Assembly: GCF_004010195.1 (NCBI RefSeq)
Contig: NC_057719.1
Coordinates: forward strand, 42,163,917-42,215,043
DNA from: Chiloscyllium plagiosum
Taxonomy: Eukaryota
Reading direction: 5' to 3'
Length of the DNA stretch: 51,127 bases
Position numbers and translations under genes: made by a program. Each line of letters opens with the position of its first letter. The first letter of the stretch is position 1. The notes under the pieces were generated by a model. The model made no database searches and was not told where the DNA came from. It worked only from the letters and a program-made list of their open reading frames with translations. Below are positions 38,268 through 50,472 of the stretch, piece by piece.

Positions 38268-39414
38268 CTGTTTTGAAATGAAAATATCAAACAATAGCAA
38301 CAAATTAAAGTTCAGAATATAAATTAAGGTATCAAAATATAAGCCTAAAATATAATGATAATTAAATGGCTTGGACAAGACCAGTTTGTTGCCATAAAGA
38401 TTAAACAAGTCACTGATCTCCCACATGAAGGGACAGAGATGTATCAAAATTGAAAACATTCACAGCTTAACTCCTTGCTCCACTGGCTGATGGGACAGGA
38501 GAATAGAAAGAAAATGTCCACAGCAAAATAACTGAAGATTCAGCAAAGCAATTAAACTGCTGCTGCTATGCCATGTTGCATGGCTCTTAGATCTTTAGGA
38601 AGCAAGTTATTCTTTTACAAAGAAAGTGTATTGAATACTATGATAAGTAATTTATGAAAGGCCAATAATAGAAGGCAAATGAAATTTCGAAGAGGTCATC
38701 TTAATCACAGAATAAATACATAGAGTGAAAACCAAAAGTTATCGTTCATTCCTCATTCCAGGTATTTAAGGGGATCTGGAAAGAGTTTCACATCCAGTGC
38801 ATTGAACACTTCTTGCTAAGAAAACGCTATTTCTGATGATCCAAAATTGTCATTTCACCAATTTAGCATAAAGCCCAATCTGCTATTGGTTTAGCTTACC
38901 CTGAAACAGTATTCTATACTTTATCTGTATTAGGTGCAATCTCAGTAACCTCATTTCAAAGCTGAACAACTCCAGATTTTCCTCACATCTAAAAACTTAA
39001 ATGTCAGACATTTACCCCTTCAGATTCTTCATATTGCCAACCCACATCTAAGTTAATCAAACTGTACTCAATATTCAAAGAACATAGAGAATTCCACAAT
39101 TCCTGCAAACCATTTTCTCTGGTTTATATGTAATTAATTTAGCATTCAGTGCAACATTTCACTCTTTGGCATTTGTTAGTCCATATTTGTGTGAAATGTT
39201 AAACCAACAGTTACCACTAAATTAAGTTCACCTTCAATTTCACTTAATGTCAGTTTGGTCAGTGGGAACACTCTTGTCTACAAGGGAGAAGAGTGGAGAA
39301 CTAAGGACCATTCCAAGGCTTCAGCATCTAAATATGCCTGGCACTTAAATGCATATTGAGGAAAGATGAAGAGGTGCTGCCTTTTTAGATATTTTATTCT
39401 GTCTTTTCAGATAT

Positions 39415-39620
39415 GTTATGAGACATGCCTGAAGCAAGTGGGATTTGAACCTAGACCTTCTTGCCACAGGTAGGGAGATGACCACAGTGCCACTAATGTC
39501 CTTGGTGCAGTCTTTCTAGTAATTTTTATCAACCTATGTGGACACACGTCCAAGAGATGTGGGATTTGAACCTTGGTCTCTTGGCTCAGAGGCAGGACAC
39601 TACCACTGTGCTTCAAGCAC
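39415..39620 (-). mobile_element. Two tandem tRNA-like SINE heads
   Basis: B-box ggttcaaatcccac occurs twice on the minus strand (~39440, ~39560) with similar flanks. Confidence 0.5.
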
Positions 39621-40689
39621 CTTCAGTGTTGCTTTTGTTAAAATAAATGTCAACAAGTCCTTCAGTTGCCCATTCAAAGAAACATTAAGAGACTCTGTGG
39701 CACTATTAAAGGTTAGCAACTCAGAATTGTCGTATTGTTTTAGTGGGCTCATCAATCAGTCTCACCAAAAATATAGATTAACTGTTAGGTTAGCTTCTTT
39801 TCTATCTCAGAGGTGCCACTGCGGAAATTAGTTGCTGCATTTTCCTATAAACTAACCTTAACTACATTTAGAAACAAATGACCTTGGAAATGTCTTACAT
39901 CCTGAGGAGCTAAAAAGTTGTATTCTTCTCTAGCTCCGTGGTAATATGTACTGCACCTACTTTACATTTAATTTAATCATGCAGCGCATCCCATTTCTCA
40001 AATCTAGATTTTATATGCTACTCTTCTACCCAAATACATATTTAATCTCCCACTTGTTTGCTTTCCTAACTGCTTTGAGTTTAAATTAAAAATTCATTGC
40101 CTCTGCGCTATACACTCAAGTGTGCCAGTGCTTGCCGTTTGACATTAAGTTGTAAAGTAAGCAAAAATATAAAAAGGATTATTTTTTGCAGCAGACTACA
40201 GAGAGATCTTTCATCAAATAATGGTATGGACTTTACGTATGCAGCCTTCCAATCTTCTATTTATTAAGGAGTTGGAAATGATCAGGTACCTGCATACTTG
40301 ATCTATGCAACCATCAGTGAGACTCCTTTGGGTAAATAATTGGCCACAAACTCTCTATTTTACAGTGTTTGTTCAACCTAGGTAATTTGAATAGTCATTT
40401 GGCTGTACAGTACTTGAATATTGCTGAAAAAAAGGATCCATTTTGGGAATTTTTTTTCATCCTGACCTCATTAAAACAATTTTTAAGAATGCCATCGAGG
40501 GAAAACCTGCTTGTGAGAGGAGTCTGGATTGGCCTGCAACTAGATTCTGATTGGTAAAAATGTTGCCAAGGAAAATACAGCCCTTAATGTGGATTGACAA
40601 TTAACTGCCAGGCTTTATTTAAATGTTAAACCAGGCAGGAAAATGAATCATCAAATGGTTGTCACCCATTTTATTGAGTTGAAACACAA

Positions 40690-41215
40690 GACCAGAAGGA
40701 ATAGGCACAGGAGTAGGTCATTGGCTGTCTTGAGCCTGTTCCACCATTCAATAGGATTACGACCGATCTGACATACCTCACACATTTCCTGCCCTTTCTT
40801 CATAAAGCTTGATTTCTCAGCTGATTACGAATCTCAGTCTTAAATATACTAGAAGAGTCTGCCCCACAGCTCTCTGTGGTAAGAATTTCCAAAGACGCAC
40901 AGCCCTTGCTGACACTAATTTCCTCCTCATCTCAGTTTTAAAATGGTGCCCCGTAATTCTGAGACCATGCCTCTGGTCCTAGACTCTCCCATAAGGAGGA
41001 ATACATCCTCTCAGCATTTACTTTGTCAAGTCACTTAAGAATCTTATATGTTTCAATGAGATCACATCTCATTCTTCTAAACTCCAATGAGCAGAATCCC
41101 AACCTGTTTCGCCATTGCTCATACTAGAGATCCTACTGAACCTTCTCCAAACTGCTTCTGATGAAATGATACCTTTCCTTAATTTAGGGGACCAAAACTG
41201 TAAATATGTGCAGTG
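40690..41215 (-). mobile_element. CR1 LINE 3' fragment
   Basis: QFWSPKLRKGII..EAVWRRFSR motif and a CR1-type 3' UTR. Confidence 0.82.
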
Positions 41216-41533
41216 TGTGTATGTGTTCCTTCTGTCTACGAAGAACATGGTCCTGAGTATTAATACATGTAGCTTCAAGTTCAGGGAAGTGTACCACACT
41301 GTAAGGCTGACTAACAATCCTAAAACCAGTGAAAGGTAAAAATATTCAACGATTGTTTTTTTTCCCCCAGCAACACACGGTTAATTTCACAAATAAACTG
41401 CACCTTAAATCTGGAAAGGCCAGAACTATTTTAGCTGAAGCTTAATTTAAGATGCATTTTCAAAATGTATGAAATGTAACAGGATTACAGTATTGATGGA
41501 GTGAGTGTTTGGAGTAAACAGAAAAGAAATTAC

Positions 41534-42250
41534 CTTTGAGTTTTTTGCTTTTCTCATCTAAAGAGTTTCTGGTAGATGATTTTGGTAAAGATGACCATGA
41601 AGCAGATCGAGAAGAACGAGTTTTTGAAGGTGTAGTATGATCAGTGTGCTGGACTTTTGATTTTGAATGGGAGATATTTGTGTCAGGTATGCTTTGGTCC
41701 ACATTTTGTGATACTGTTATTGCAGTGGCCATGCTCGTGATTGAGTCAGGCACACTAGGTGTAGGGTCAACATGCTTAACCACAACTTTATTTTGGGAGT
41801 TTATATCATTAACAAGTTTAGATAGATTCCCATCTACAGTAGCATTAGGGCAGAAATTGTTTTCCTTTTTGTCTGCTGTATTGACATTATCTTCACTGCG
41901 ACATTGTTCCAACTGTTCATGATCTTTTCCAAATAGATTTTCACAGTCAGATCTGGGGTTTTCCTTGCAAATATTTTCTTTATTTACTTCATTTGTATTT
42001 TTATCAGTCACAGCTTCTTGTCCTAATACAGTTTCAGATTTATTTCTTTCAGAGTTGGAAACTTGTTCAGCAGACAGCTGCTGTGTATTATTTTGCACCA
42101 TGTCTTTTTGAGTAGGCAACTCTTCAACGTGTGGTTGTTGGGTAACAGCTTCCATTACGGGATCAGAAACAGCATCTGAAATTTGAGGTATGGTTGTACA
42201 TTGAGGCGCCAATACTTTTCCTTTGTCTTCTGCAGAAGGGGCACTTTGTT
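41534..42250 (-). CDS. INF2: INF2 long, poorly conserved C-terminal exon (EQSAPSAEDK...DEKSKKLK)
   Basis: Acceptor atttacag, donor AAG|gtaatt, 717 nt with an open frame, phase 1 to 1. Overlaps ORF 41460..42212. Confidence 0.88.
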
Positions 42251-43797
42251 CTGTAAATATATACAGATGAATAAAGTGTTGTACAGCTATGAAAGTGAGA
42301 GTTTATGCCATTGTCTATAGAGGCATTTTAAATAGTTCAAATGCTGGAAAATACCTGATATGCCCATTCCAAGCCACACAATTAAAAAAGTAAAGCAGTT
42401 ACCACAAAAACAAATACTTGAAAATATATTTAATTTTACTTAAACTGCTTGAAATGATGGCCCTTGATCAGCTATAAAGCATTTCAAATGTTTCTTTAAT
42501 TAGAAAGAAAGGCATAATCAACACGTAATAGAGCACAAATTTATATCAGAATTATTGAAACAGGATATAATACATATATTACGTATATTTAGCAGGATAC
42601 TGGCAATTCAAAATTTGTGCAACTACTCATGTGGGCAATTTCAGCCAAACATGTAGGTAGCACACATGTATCAAAATAAAACAAATCAAGAGGAGAGAAA
42701 AGTTAAGCAAAAACTTAGATTTTTTTTGAACCAGCAAAAAAAAAAGCAACTGAAGTTTAACTAATACAAGAGTGAAATATCATGCTTGGGAAATTAGATT
42801 GGATGACACAAATGGATGGATGAATAAACCGCTTTGATAAAACTGATAATTAAAGGCATATACTGGGTTGTCATACAGGAAAATCAAGTTGAATTCAACT
42901 GGATTAGTGTAAACTCATCACAGAAATCTCTGGGGCATACATTTCACACAAGAAACTGATAATGACATACATAAGTGTTAGATGTATCCTTTATAGTCTT
43001 ACACTGGGTTAGATCCAAGTTTTTGCACCTGATTTAATGCTTTAGCCGAAAGCACTATTTAGATATTGCATGGTACATTCTACCTTGTACTCATTAGTCA
43101 GACAAAAAGATAGAAAATAGCAATTCCATTGCAAACAATGTAAACAATCTCACAAAAAGTAAATTTGCCATTATAGCAAGCGACTTCAGTTTTCAATAAT
43201 GGAATAAACAAGCACCCAGACCAATAAGTCAAAACAAAATCTCTCATTTTCATTCTGTATTTCAAGAATGGAGAAAATCCCCAGTCATGGATGGTTTTGG
43301 GAAAAAAAGTCAATTCCCATTGAGCACTGCTTTTAACTAAATAAAAAGACAAAATTCAAAACAGAAGATCCCTGAATAAGTTTCAAAAGACTTCAGGTTA
43401 TCATGCAATTCTGTACTGGTTAAAAATTATTTGACAGATTTGTAAAGGTATACAAATTCAAGGTACAAATTAAGCTTTGTATTCGTTTTTAATTAGATAT
43501 GCACACTCCAATGCATTCCAGTAAGTGACTTCAAAGCACGTGCCCTGCAGCATATTAAGCATCAAGTAATATGGAAGTAAAACCTTTCAGATAATACAAG
43601 GCCATTATTTATTTGCCTTTAAAAGAATTGAAAATAACAGGGATAGGGAAAATTAAATTAGGAAACCAGGACTTGCAGATACCCCATTAAAAAAAATTGA
43701 GGTGACAATTAGGTCAATTTGGAAATGCTGCTATTTTAGCGAAAAGCTAGCTAAGCTTACAGTTTGAAGCTAAATGCATGCAGGCATGTGCTCTTAC

Positions 43798-43962
43798 CCA
43801 GTGGTATTTTCAGCGTAGGTTTCTCAGTAACTGAACTTTTAGGAGCAGACAGAGATTCGCACCTGCTCCTGGCAGTCTTCTTCAATTGAAAACCCTTCCT
43901 TATGTCTGACAGAAGAGCATCAATAATACATCCCTCCTCTTGTTTTATTGATGATTTATGAA
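43798..43962 (-). CDS. INF2: INF2 exon encoding WH2/DAD (KQEEGCIIDALLSDIRKGFQLKKTAR...)
   Basis: Acceptor ttttatag, donor G|gtaaga, 165 nt. Contains the INF2-diagnostic IDALL.DIRKGFQL(R/K)KT motif. Confidence 0.95.
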
Positions 43963-44313
43963 CTATAAAACAAAGGTGGTCACAATTTACTAGAGCTTCT
44001 TCAATATTAAAAAATCATTTCACAAATTTAGAGCAAACATAAACATCTTCAAGTCAAACGAAAACTAGTAATAAATGGAGGAACTTGACATATTGTCAAG
44101 TTTAGATCAACAATTCATCAGATGCAAACTGGATCCCCATCTCATATTGATTGCTTTTATATTAATATAGAGTTTGAAGAACAATTCCACACTGCATTTG
44201 CTCTTAACCAAAGGTTTCTTAAATGTATTACGTTTATTTATTAAAACAATAGTAAATTCATTTAAGTTTTTCTTTAAATCAAGACAGAACTCCTTTCTAT
44301 GATTCACACTTAC

Positions 44314-44419
44314 TAACTTGTCCATTCTCTCCTTTTTGTCTTTTTGCTTCTTCTTCTTCCTGAAGTTTTTGTTTCCTCTTCTCTGCTTTTGCAATCTGCT
44401 CCTTTCTGAGCTTATTTTC
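44314..44419 (-). CDS. INF2: INF2 exon, post-FH2 coiled coil ([35 protein letters not shown])
   Basis: Acceptor gcttaaag, donor A|gtaagt, 106 nt. Matches ENKDRKEQAAKAERRKQQL of INF2. Confidence 0.92.
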
Positions 44420-44669
44420 CTTTAAGCACAAAAAAAATGCTACTCATTTTCCAACACCAACATAGCAATGATGAGGCTAGGCTAAAACAATTACTCACAG
44501 ACCCAGAATGAGAGAGTTTATTATAAGAGGAGGGATCACTCTGAATGCGTGTCACTCTTTCATTCAATGTAAACAGACAGCCTTCTACAACAATTGTGTA
44601 ATGTCTGCTAGTACATTCAAAGCCCTTTTCAACTGACAGTCATCAAACGAGTAAACTCTGGTGGCAATG

Positions 44670-44980
44670 ATGGCCTTTTTTTTCATTTATTTATGGGATG
44701 TCACTGGCTAGGCCAGCGTTTATTGCCCATCTCTGGTTGCTCTCGAAGTGGTGGCGGACTACCCTCTTGAACTGCTGCATTCCATTTGATGTAGGGACAC
44801 CATCAATGCTGTTATGAAGGGAGTTCCAGAGTTTTGACCAGGCAAAGGAACAGGGAAATATTTTGAACTCTAGATGATGTGTGACATGGAGGGGAACTTG
44901 CAGGTGGTATGTATTCCCATGTACATGCTGCCTTTGTCCTTTTGGATGGTACCGGTCCTGGTTTAGAAGGTGAATTTGGG
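44670..44980 (-). mobile_element. LINE-derived 3'-end repeat, also present on + at ~28270-28500 and ~29680-29910
   Basis: Shared SK(L/S).NS..NS..G.PT..G.QQFK...HH peptide remnant. Confidence 0.6.
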
Positions 44981-46020
44981 AAGGCGGGTGGGGGGGTGGT
45001 GTATATGGCTTGGCAGGTGTTTGGACAGCCAGATTTAGGCCCTTACATGGGCATTTCATGCCCACAGGTTTGGTAATATAATGCTCGTGTGAGGCTAATG
45101 TCATAAAATACTAAGAAAAGGAAATACTCCCGTTGCAAAAAGTTTAATTAGTATCCATTTTAATAACTTTAAGGTTTATTGTGTGATGTCAATTTACAAT
45201 GCTTTAAATTAAGGTCTTCATCACAAAACATGCAACAGACTTATGTTGCATGTTGAACAGTGAACCATATTTTGGGGCTTGGATTTTAAAATAGAAGTAG
45301 ATTGATGTGATGGTATTTTCTTTGAAAAACAGGTCAGGAATTCATTTGGAACAGTGCATAATTTCCAAGCAAACATGCAAATGCAATGAAGAGCCTGGGA
45401 GAACCCCGACAATTTAATGGACAGAATGTTCCTCTTACTTAGCTTACAACAGGCCAGAAAACCAATAGATTTAATTTCTTTTAGGGCAGGGGAACTAGTC
45501 TTCATAGATGTAGTACTTTTGCTTTATGAAGCTTATAGGCCAGAGGACACTGGATAGAAATCTTCAAGTGTTTAGAACAGGTGAAGCCCAAGTCATTAAA
45601 ATTGTGAAAATGTAAAGTCAGCAAAATTGTGAAAGTGTATCAATATTGTTTCCACAATCCAAAGAGGAGAAACACAGGAAGGGGTTAAGTAAAAACTTAA
45701 ATAGAAGAGACAGGAGTGAAGTTTCTGTGAATTGTGAAGAGGACATAATTGCAAAATCGATCGAAACTTGATTTTGCCGTTTGTGTTAAGATCAGTGGAA
45801 TATAAATGTAGCTATATTGGCTTTTCTCTCTCTCTATTTTCATTATAAAAGGTGTTGTGTATTAAAGGAACAGCTGCAGCTTTGTGTGAACATGTTTCAG
45901 TGACAAACCAACTGCAGAAACTAAATATACCAAGTCAGGTTTCGTTCCAGGATCTGACATAACCAATATTATCATCAGCTGGAATTATAACAGCTGTATA
46001 TTGAAGTTATGAAGAATTAC

Positions 46021-46185
46021 CTTTATGGCTTTGAGGAAACAATCTCTGAAGGTTCTGATAGTTCGAAATAGTTCCTCTAGTGATAATTTACTAACATCAT
46101 CACAGAAGTACTCAGCCAGTTTCTTCCTCTCTGACTCAATATCTTCCACGAGTTCCTTCAGCTTAATTGCTTCAGACAAACTTTC
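46021..46185 (-). CDS. INF2: INF2 exon, end of FH2 (ESLSEAIKLKEL...LAEYFCDDVSKLSLEELFRTIRTFRDCFLKAIK)
   Basis: Acceptor atttcag, donor AAG|gtaatt, 165 nt. Overlaps ORF 45985..46179. Confidence 0.95.
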
Positions 46186-46272
46186 CTGAAATCATAGTTT
46201 TAAAAAGAAAATAAAAAGTTTCACACTAGGCAACTAAAACACTCAATTATTTGAAGTTGCAGTTCTACTTGC

Positions 46273-46393
46273 CTGGATAGGTTTGTCGAACAGTAATTTT
46301 ATATCATCTGCTGATGACTTGACTTTACCACCAATCATCTTGAGGCGCTCCAAGAGGTTGACTGTATCCGACTGAAGTGAGTCCACACTCAAG
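46273..46393 (-). CDS. INF2: INF2 exon, FH2 (LSVDSLQSDTVNLLERLKMIGGKVKSSADDIKLLFDKPIQ), GC donor
   Basis: Acceptor ttttctggcag, donor CAG|gcaagt, 121 nt. Phases 2 and 0 fit both neighbouring exons. Confidence 0.88.
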
Positions 46394-47049
46394 CTGCCAG
46401 AAAATATAGTCTCCAAGTTATAAAAATGGTGGATTGGACAACAATTAACAGTGCAATGTTGATGGATGGGATAAGTGAGAAAGGGAAAAGAAACAATAGC
46501 ATATATTTCACCAACACGGTAATCTTGGCTATTGTTTTATCTCAGCTGATTTCCTTTTCTGGTACTTATCCCACACCGTGTTTCTAGGAGACAGTCTAGA
46601 TTCTACCCTTTCAAAATACATGCTATAAGAAATGTTAACTGTAGAAGTAAATTTTCCCTTAGTCAGCTGGAAGATCTTCGCAAACCTCATTTTATGTATA
46701 GGCTAGCTGAGATTGGGATTTGAACTCTGATCTTCTTACCGGACCTCAAAGCTTGCACTTTTTGACAAGATTTTAGATTAAGTTATGATAATTATCCTCA
46801 AACACTGTAGCTCCAAGATTTTTTTTAATTAGTATAAAATCAAACAGAAATTAGTAGATGTCAAAAGTCAATTTGCCTTAACAACAGAATATAACAACCT
46901 CTGTTCAGTTCTGTTGATGTGCCTTAATTTTCTCATGCTGTTGAAAGAGTCTACTTTATTTAGTAAATAAATGTCATTCCAGTCACTATTTAAGGAAACT
47001 CCACTCAAAGTTGGACAACTAGCAAAAAAATTACAAATGGTCTTCTCAC

Positions 47050-47120
47050 CCTCCTGCTTTTGAAATATTTTTTAAGTCTTCAGGAAGATTCAGTAGATCT
47101 GGATGGGACTTTTCAATCTC
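47050..47120 (-). CDS. INF2: INF2 exon, FH2 (EIEKSHPDLLNLPEDLKNISKAGG)
   Basis: Acceptor attatag, donor GG|gtgaga, 71 nt. Matches EAEKSHPDLLQLPRDL of INF2. Preceded by an 82-nt intron. Confidence 0.93.
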
Positions 47121-47202
47121 CTATAATATGTGAAAAATCAAAAATCATTTATATACTAACCAACATAAAAAATATAGATGGAGAAATTGTAAAAGATATC
47201 AC

Positions 47203-47310
47203 CTCTATTGTATGATGGAGCAATGTAATTCGGGATCGGTTTGCTTTCGTTTCAGTTAGTTTTAGTAGAGTGTTGATTTTAAATCCATCTGCATTTCCTG
47301 TGTGACTGCC
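47203..47310 (-). CDS. INF2: INF2 exon, FH2 ([36 protein letters not shown])
   Basis: Acceptor catcag, donor GAG|gtgata, 108 nt. Contains the FH2 GFK..L.KL.ETK motif and lies within ORF 47149..47349. Confidence 0.95.
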
Positions 47311-47638
47311 CTGATGAAAGACAAAGCAAAACCAAGTCAAACTACGCATTTAAATATTTACACAAATGCAACAAACATTTTGTGAAAACAACTGTCACAG
47401 ATTTTGAGTAGGGAGAGTCTCTAATTTTGTACATCTGCAACAAGAATGGGCGACATTATTGTTTACTGGAAATAGTATACAAGGAAAAACAACTAAAATT
47501 TGCAAAAATTTACTTTGAAAAAGAAATCAATCTCTAGCGGTATAACATAATAATGTCTTCAATATTTTTTCAAAAAAATTGTTTAATCTGTTCTAACTTC
47601 CTAGAAGACACTGGTTAAACCTTTCACAAAATACGTAC

Positions 47639-47709
47639 ATAGTTAAGGAAGTTTCCAATTCGAAGAATCAGGTCACAGAAGATGGGTAGTCTTCTAGCAG
47701 AACGAAGAT
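47639..47709 (-). CDS. INF2: INF2 internal exon, FH2 domain (xLRSARRLPIFCDLILRIGNFLNY)
   Basis: Acceptor ttttgaccag, donor TAT|gtacgt, 71 nt. Peptide matches the INF2 FH2 segment LPIFCQLILRIGNFLNY. Confidence 0.93.
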
Positions 47710-49004
47710 CTGGTCAAAAGCAGAGAATGATTATGGTATAAATATTTCAGCCTGCTAACATAAATTTGATGATTGCATTTGACTGGGTATCTTTAAAGTC
47801 ACATGAAAATGATGTATCAAGCAAAGCTATTCTAGAAATTTAAAAGAGTGAACAAATATTGCTTTCTTCTGGATGTTATCTTTTTTAAAAAAACCATGCT
47901 CACAAATGCTTGTAGGCACTCGGTTAGAAAACATCTAGATTATAAAATTTGCTTCCTTGCTTTCAGATTGCTCCATGTTCCTCATCTTCGTCATTTCGTC
48001 TAGTCTAAAGATATCTTAGGGCTAGATATTGTTTTTTTGGCGAGTGTGCCCAGTTTGACATCTATCCACCTCAGAGGCGGCAAAATTGGCACCCTGGGGG
48101 CCAATTAAGTAGTCCATGTCAAAATACTGTTAGTGTAGCCAGGGAGCGAAGCTGAGATTCCAATTTTTAAAATAAGTTTATAAAATGGCAGAAACTCAGA
48201 ACAATATTGTCTTCAGGAGATGCCGATGTGCAATGGGGCACCTCTTGAAGTTAGTACCCAGCTTCTTACTCAGCCACCTGCATCGCAAAACCAACCACTA
48301 TCACTGATCCTCCCAGATACTATCAGATTTACGTCCACATTCCAATGGGTCCATTTGTGGGTCTGCTTGCAGTACTGGCAGTGTCCACTATTTAGCTGTG
48401 GCGCTAATCTTATTACTGGTTTTGCCAGCCAATAGGAGAACACCACCTGGAAACACCTCCTGAGAGTGTGACTTTCCTCTTATTGAAGGACAGAAATTCC
48501 ACAATGAGACAACATAGCCCACCGCAGATAGACTTTCACTAGGCATGTCAACTTCCAACTGCCCATTAAAGATCTGAAATTTCCTTCATAAACCTCTGTT
48601 GCTCTAGCTCTCTCACCTGCTTTAAGAGGCTCACCAAGACTCATGCTTTGAAGATGACTTTAATGACCTCTCTTATTATCTCGTAGTGTGATGCCAACGT
48701 GTTTGGTACATCATCCTACAGTACCTTATGATTCTTTACTTTGCTATGTAATAGGGCATTATATAAATACAGTTACAAGACAAGTATTAACACTGACTGA
48801 CCACTATAAACACGTCTCTGTTCAGTTAACATTCATATCTGATTTTCAAAGTGCTTATAATAGAATTGAGGTTTTAAATGTATTTACTGTTTGATTAGAA
48901 ATGTATTGATTGAACTGAAAGAACATGACACTTATTAAGCAAAAAGTGACTAGACAGACTTGAAATCATTCAGAAATAAAATGTAAGACATATGTCTCAT
49001 ACTG

Positions 49005-50472
49005 CAGATGTCATACTGGAGTGTCCGAAATAAGAGTGACAAACTTAGAGCATGGATCAGTACTTGGGGCTACGATGTTGTGGCCATAACAAAGACTTGG
49101 GTTTCACAGGGGCAGGAATGGTTGCTTGATGTTCCAGGGTTTAGAACGTTTAAAAAGAACAGGGAGGGTGGAAAAAGAAGAGGGGGTGTAGCATTGCTAA
49201 TCAGAGCGTGCATCACAGCTACAGAAACAAAGGTTGTTGAGGTAGGTTTGCCTACTGAGTCAGTATGGGTGGGAGTTAAGAACAGCAAGGGAACAGCCAC
49301 CGCATTGGGGGTATTCTACAGACCACCTAACAGCAGTAGAGAGATTGAAGATCTCATAGGTGGGCAGATTCTGGAAAAATGCAAAAGTAGCAAGTGGTTG
49401 TTATGGGTGATTTCAACTTTCCCAATATCGACTGGAGCCTCCTCAGTGCAGATGGTTTGGATGGAGCTGTTTTTGTCAGGTGTGTTCAGGAGGGTTTCCT
49501 TACTCAGTATGTAGACAGACTGACGAGGGGAGAGGCCATTTTGGATTTGGTGCTTTGCAACGAGCCAGGACAGTTGTCAGATCTCACGTGGGAGAACTTT
49601 GGTGAAAGTGATCAGAACTGCCTCACATTTAGCATAGCCTTGGAGAGTGAAAGGAGCAATTACTGAGGGAAGATATTTAATTGGGGAAAAGGAAATTATG
49701 ACGCTATCAGACAGGAGTTGGGAAGTACAGACTGGGAGAAATTGTTCCACAGAAAGGGCACAGCAGACATGTGGAGACTATTTAAGGAGCTGTTGTTGCG
49801 AGTGATGCACAAATTCGTTCCTCTGAGACAGGTAAGAAGGGGTAAGATTAAGGAACCTTGGATGACGAGAACAGAGGAGCTTCTCGTCAAAAGGAAGAAG
49901 GCAGCTTGCATAAGGTGGAGGAAGCAAGGATCTAGCACAGCTTGAGAGGATTACAGGCTTGCTGGGAAGGAGCTCAGAAATGGACTGAGGAGAGCCAGGA
50001 GGGGGCATGAAAAAGGCTGGGCAATAAGGATTAGGGAGAACCCAAAGGCATTTTACTCATACGTGAGGAATAAGAGAATGATCAGGGAGAAGGTAGGGCC
50101 GATCAGGGATCGTGGCGGGAACTTGTGCGTGGAGACTGAGCAGTTAGGAGAAGCCCTAAATGAGTTTTTTGATTCAGTTTTCACCAAGGAAAGGGAACCT
50201 GTTGTAAATGAAAACTTAGAGGAGCTGGGATACAGTCTTGACTAGATCAAGATTGTTGAAGTTGATGTGCTAGAAATTTTGGAAAACATTAAGATCAATA
50301 AGTCTCCACAACCAGACTAGATTTATCCTAGGCAGCTCCGGGAAGTGAGAAAGGAGGTTGCTAAACTGTTGGTGAGAATATTTGCCTCCTCACTCTCCAC
50401 GGGAGTCGAACCGGAGGATTGGAAGGAGGCGAATGTTGTTCCACTTTTCAAGAAGGGTAATAGGGAAATCCC
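49005..50472 (+). mobile_element. CR1 LINE ORF2 5' part (APE endonuclease, linker, start of RT), frameshifted
   Basis: YDVVAIT.TW, GGGVAL, GVFYRPPN, MGDFNFPNIDW and NVVPLFKKG motifs. Confidence 0.93.

Noticed and set aside
41460..42212. 250-aa ORF as an independent gene
   Set aside because: It is bounded by phase-compatible splice sites and is INF2's long C-terminal exon.
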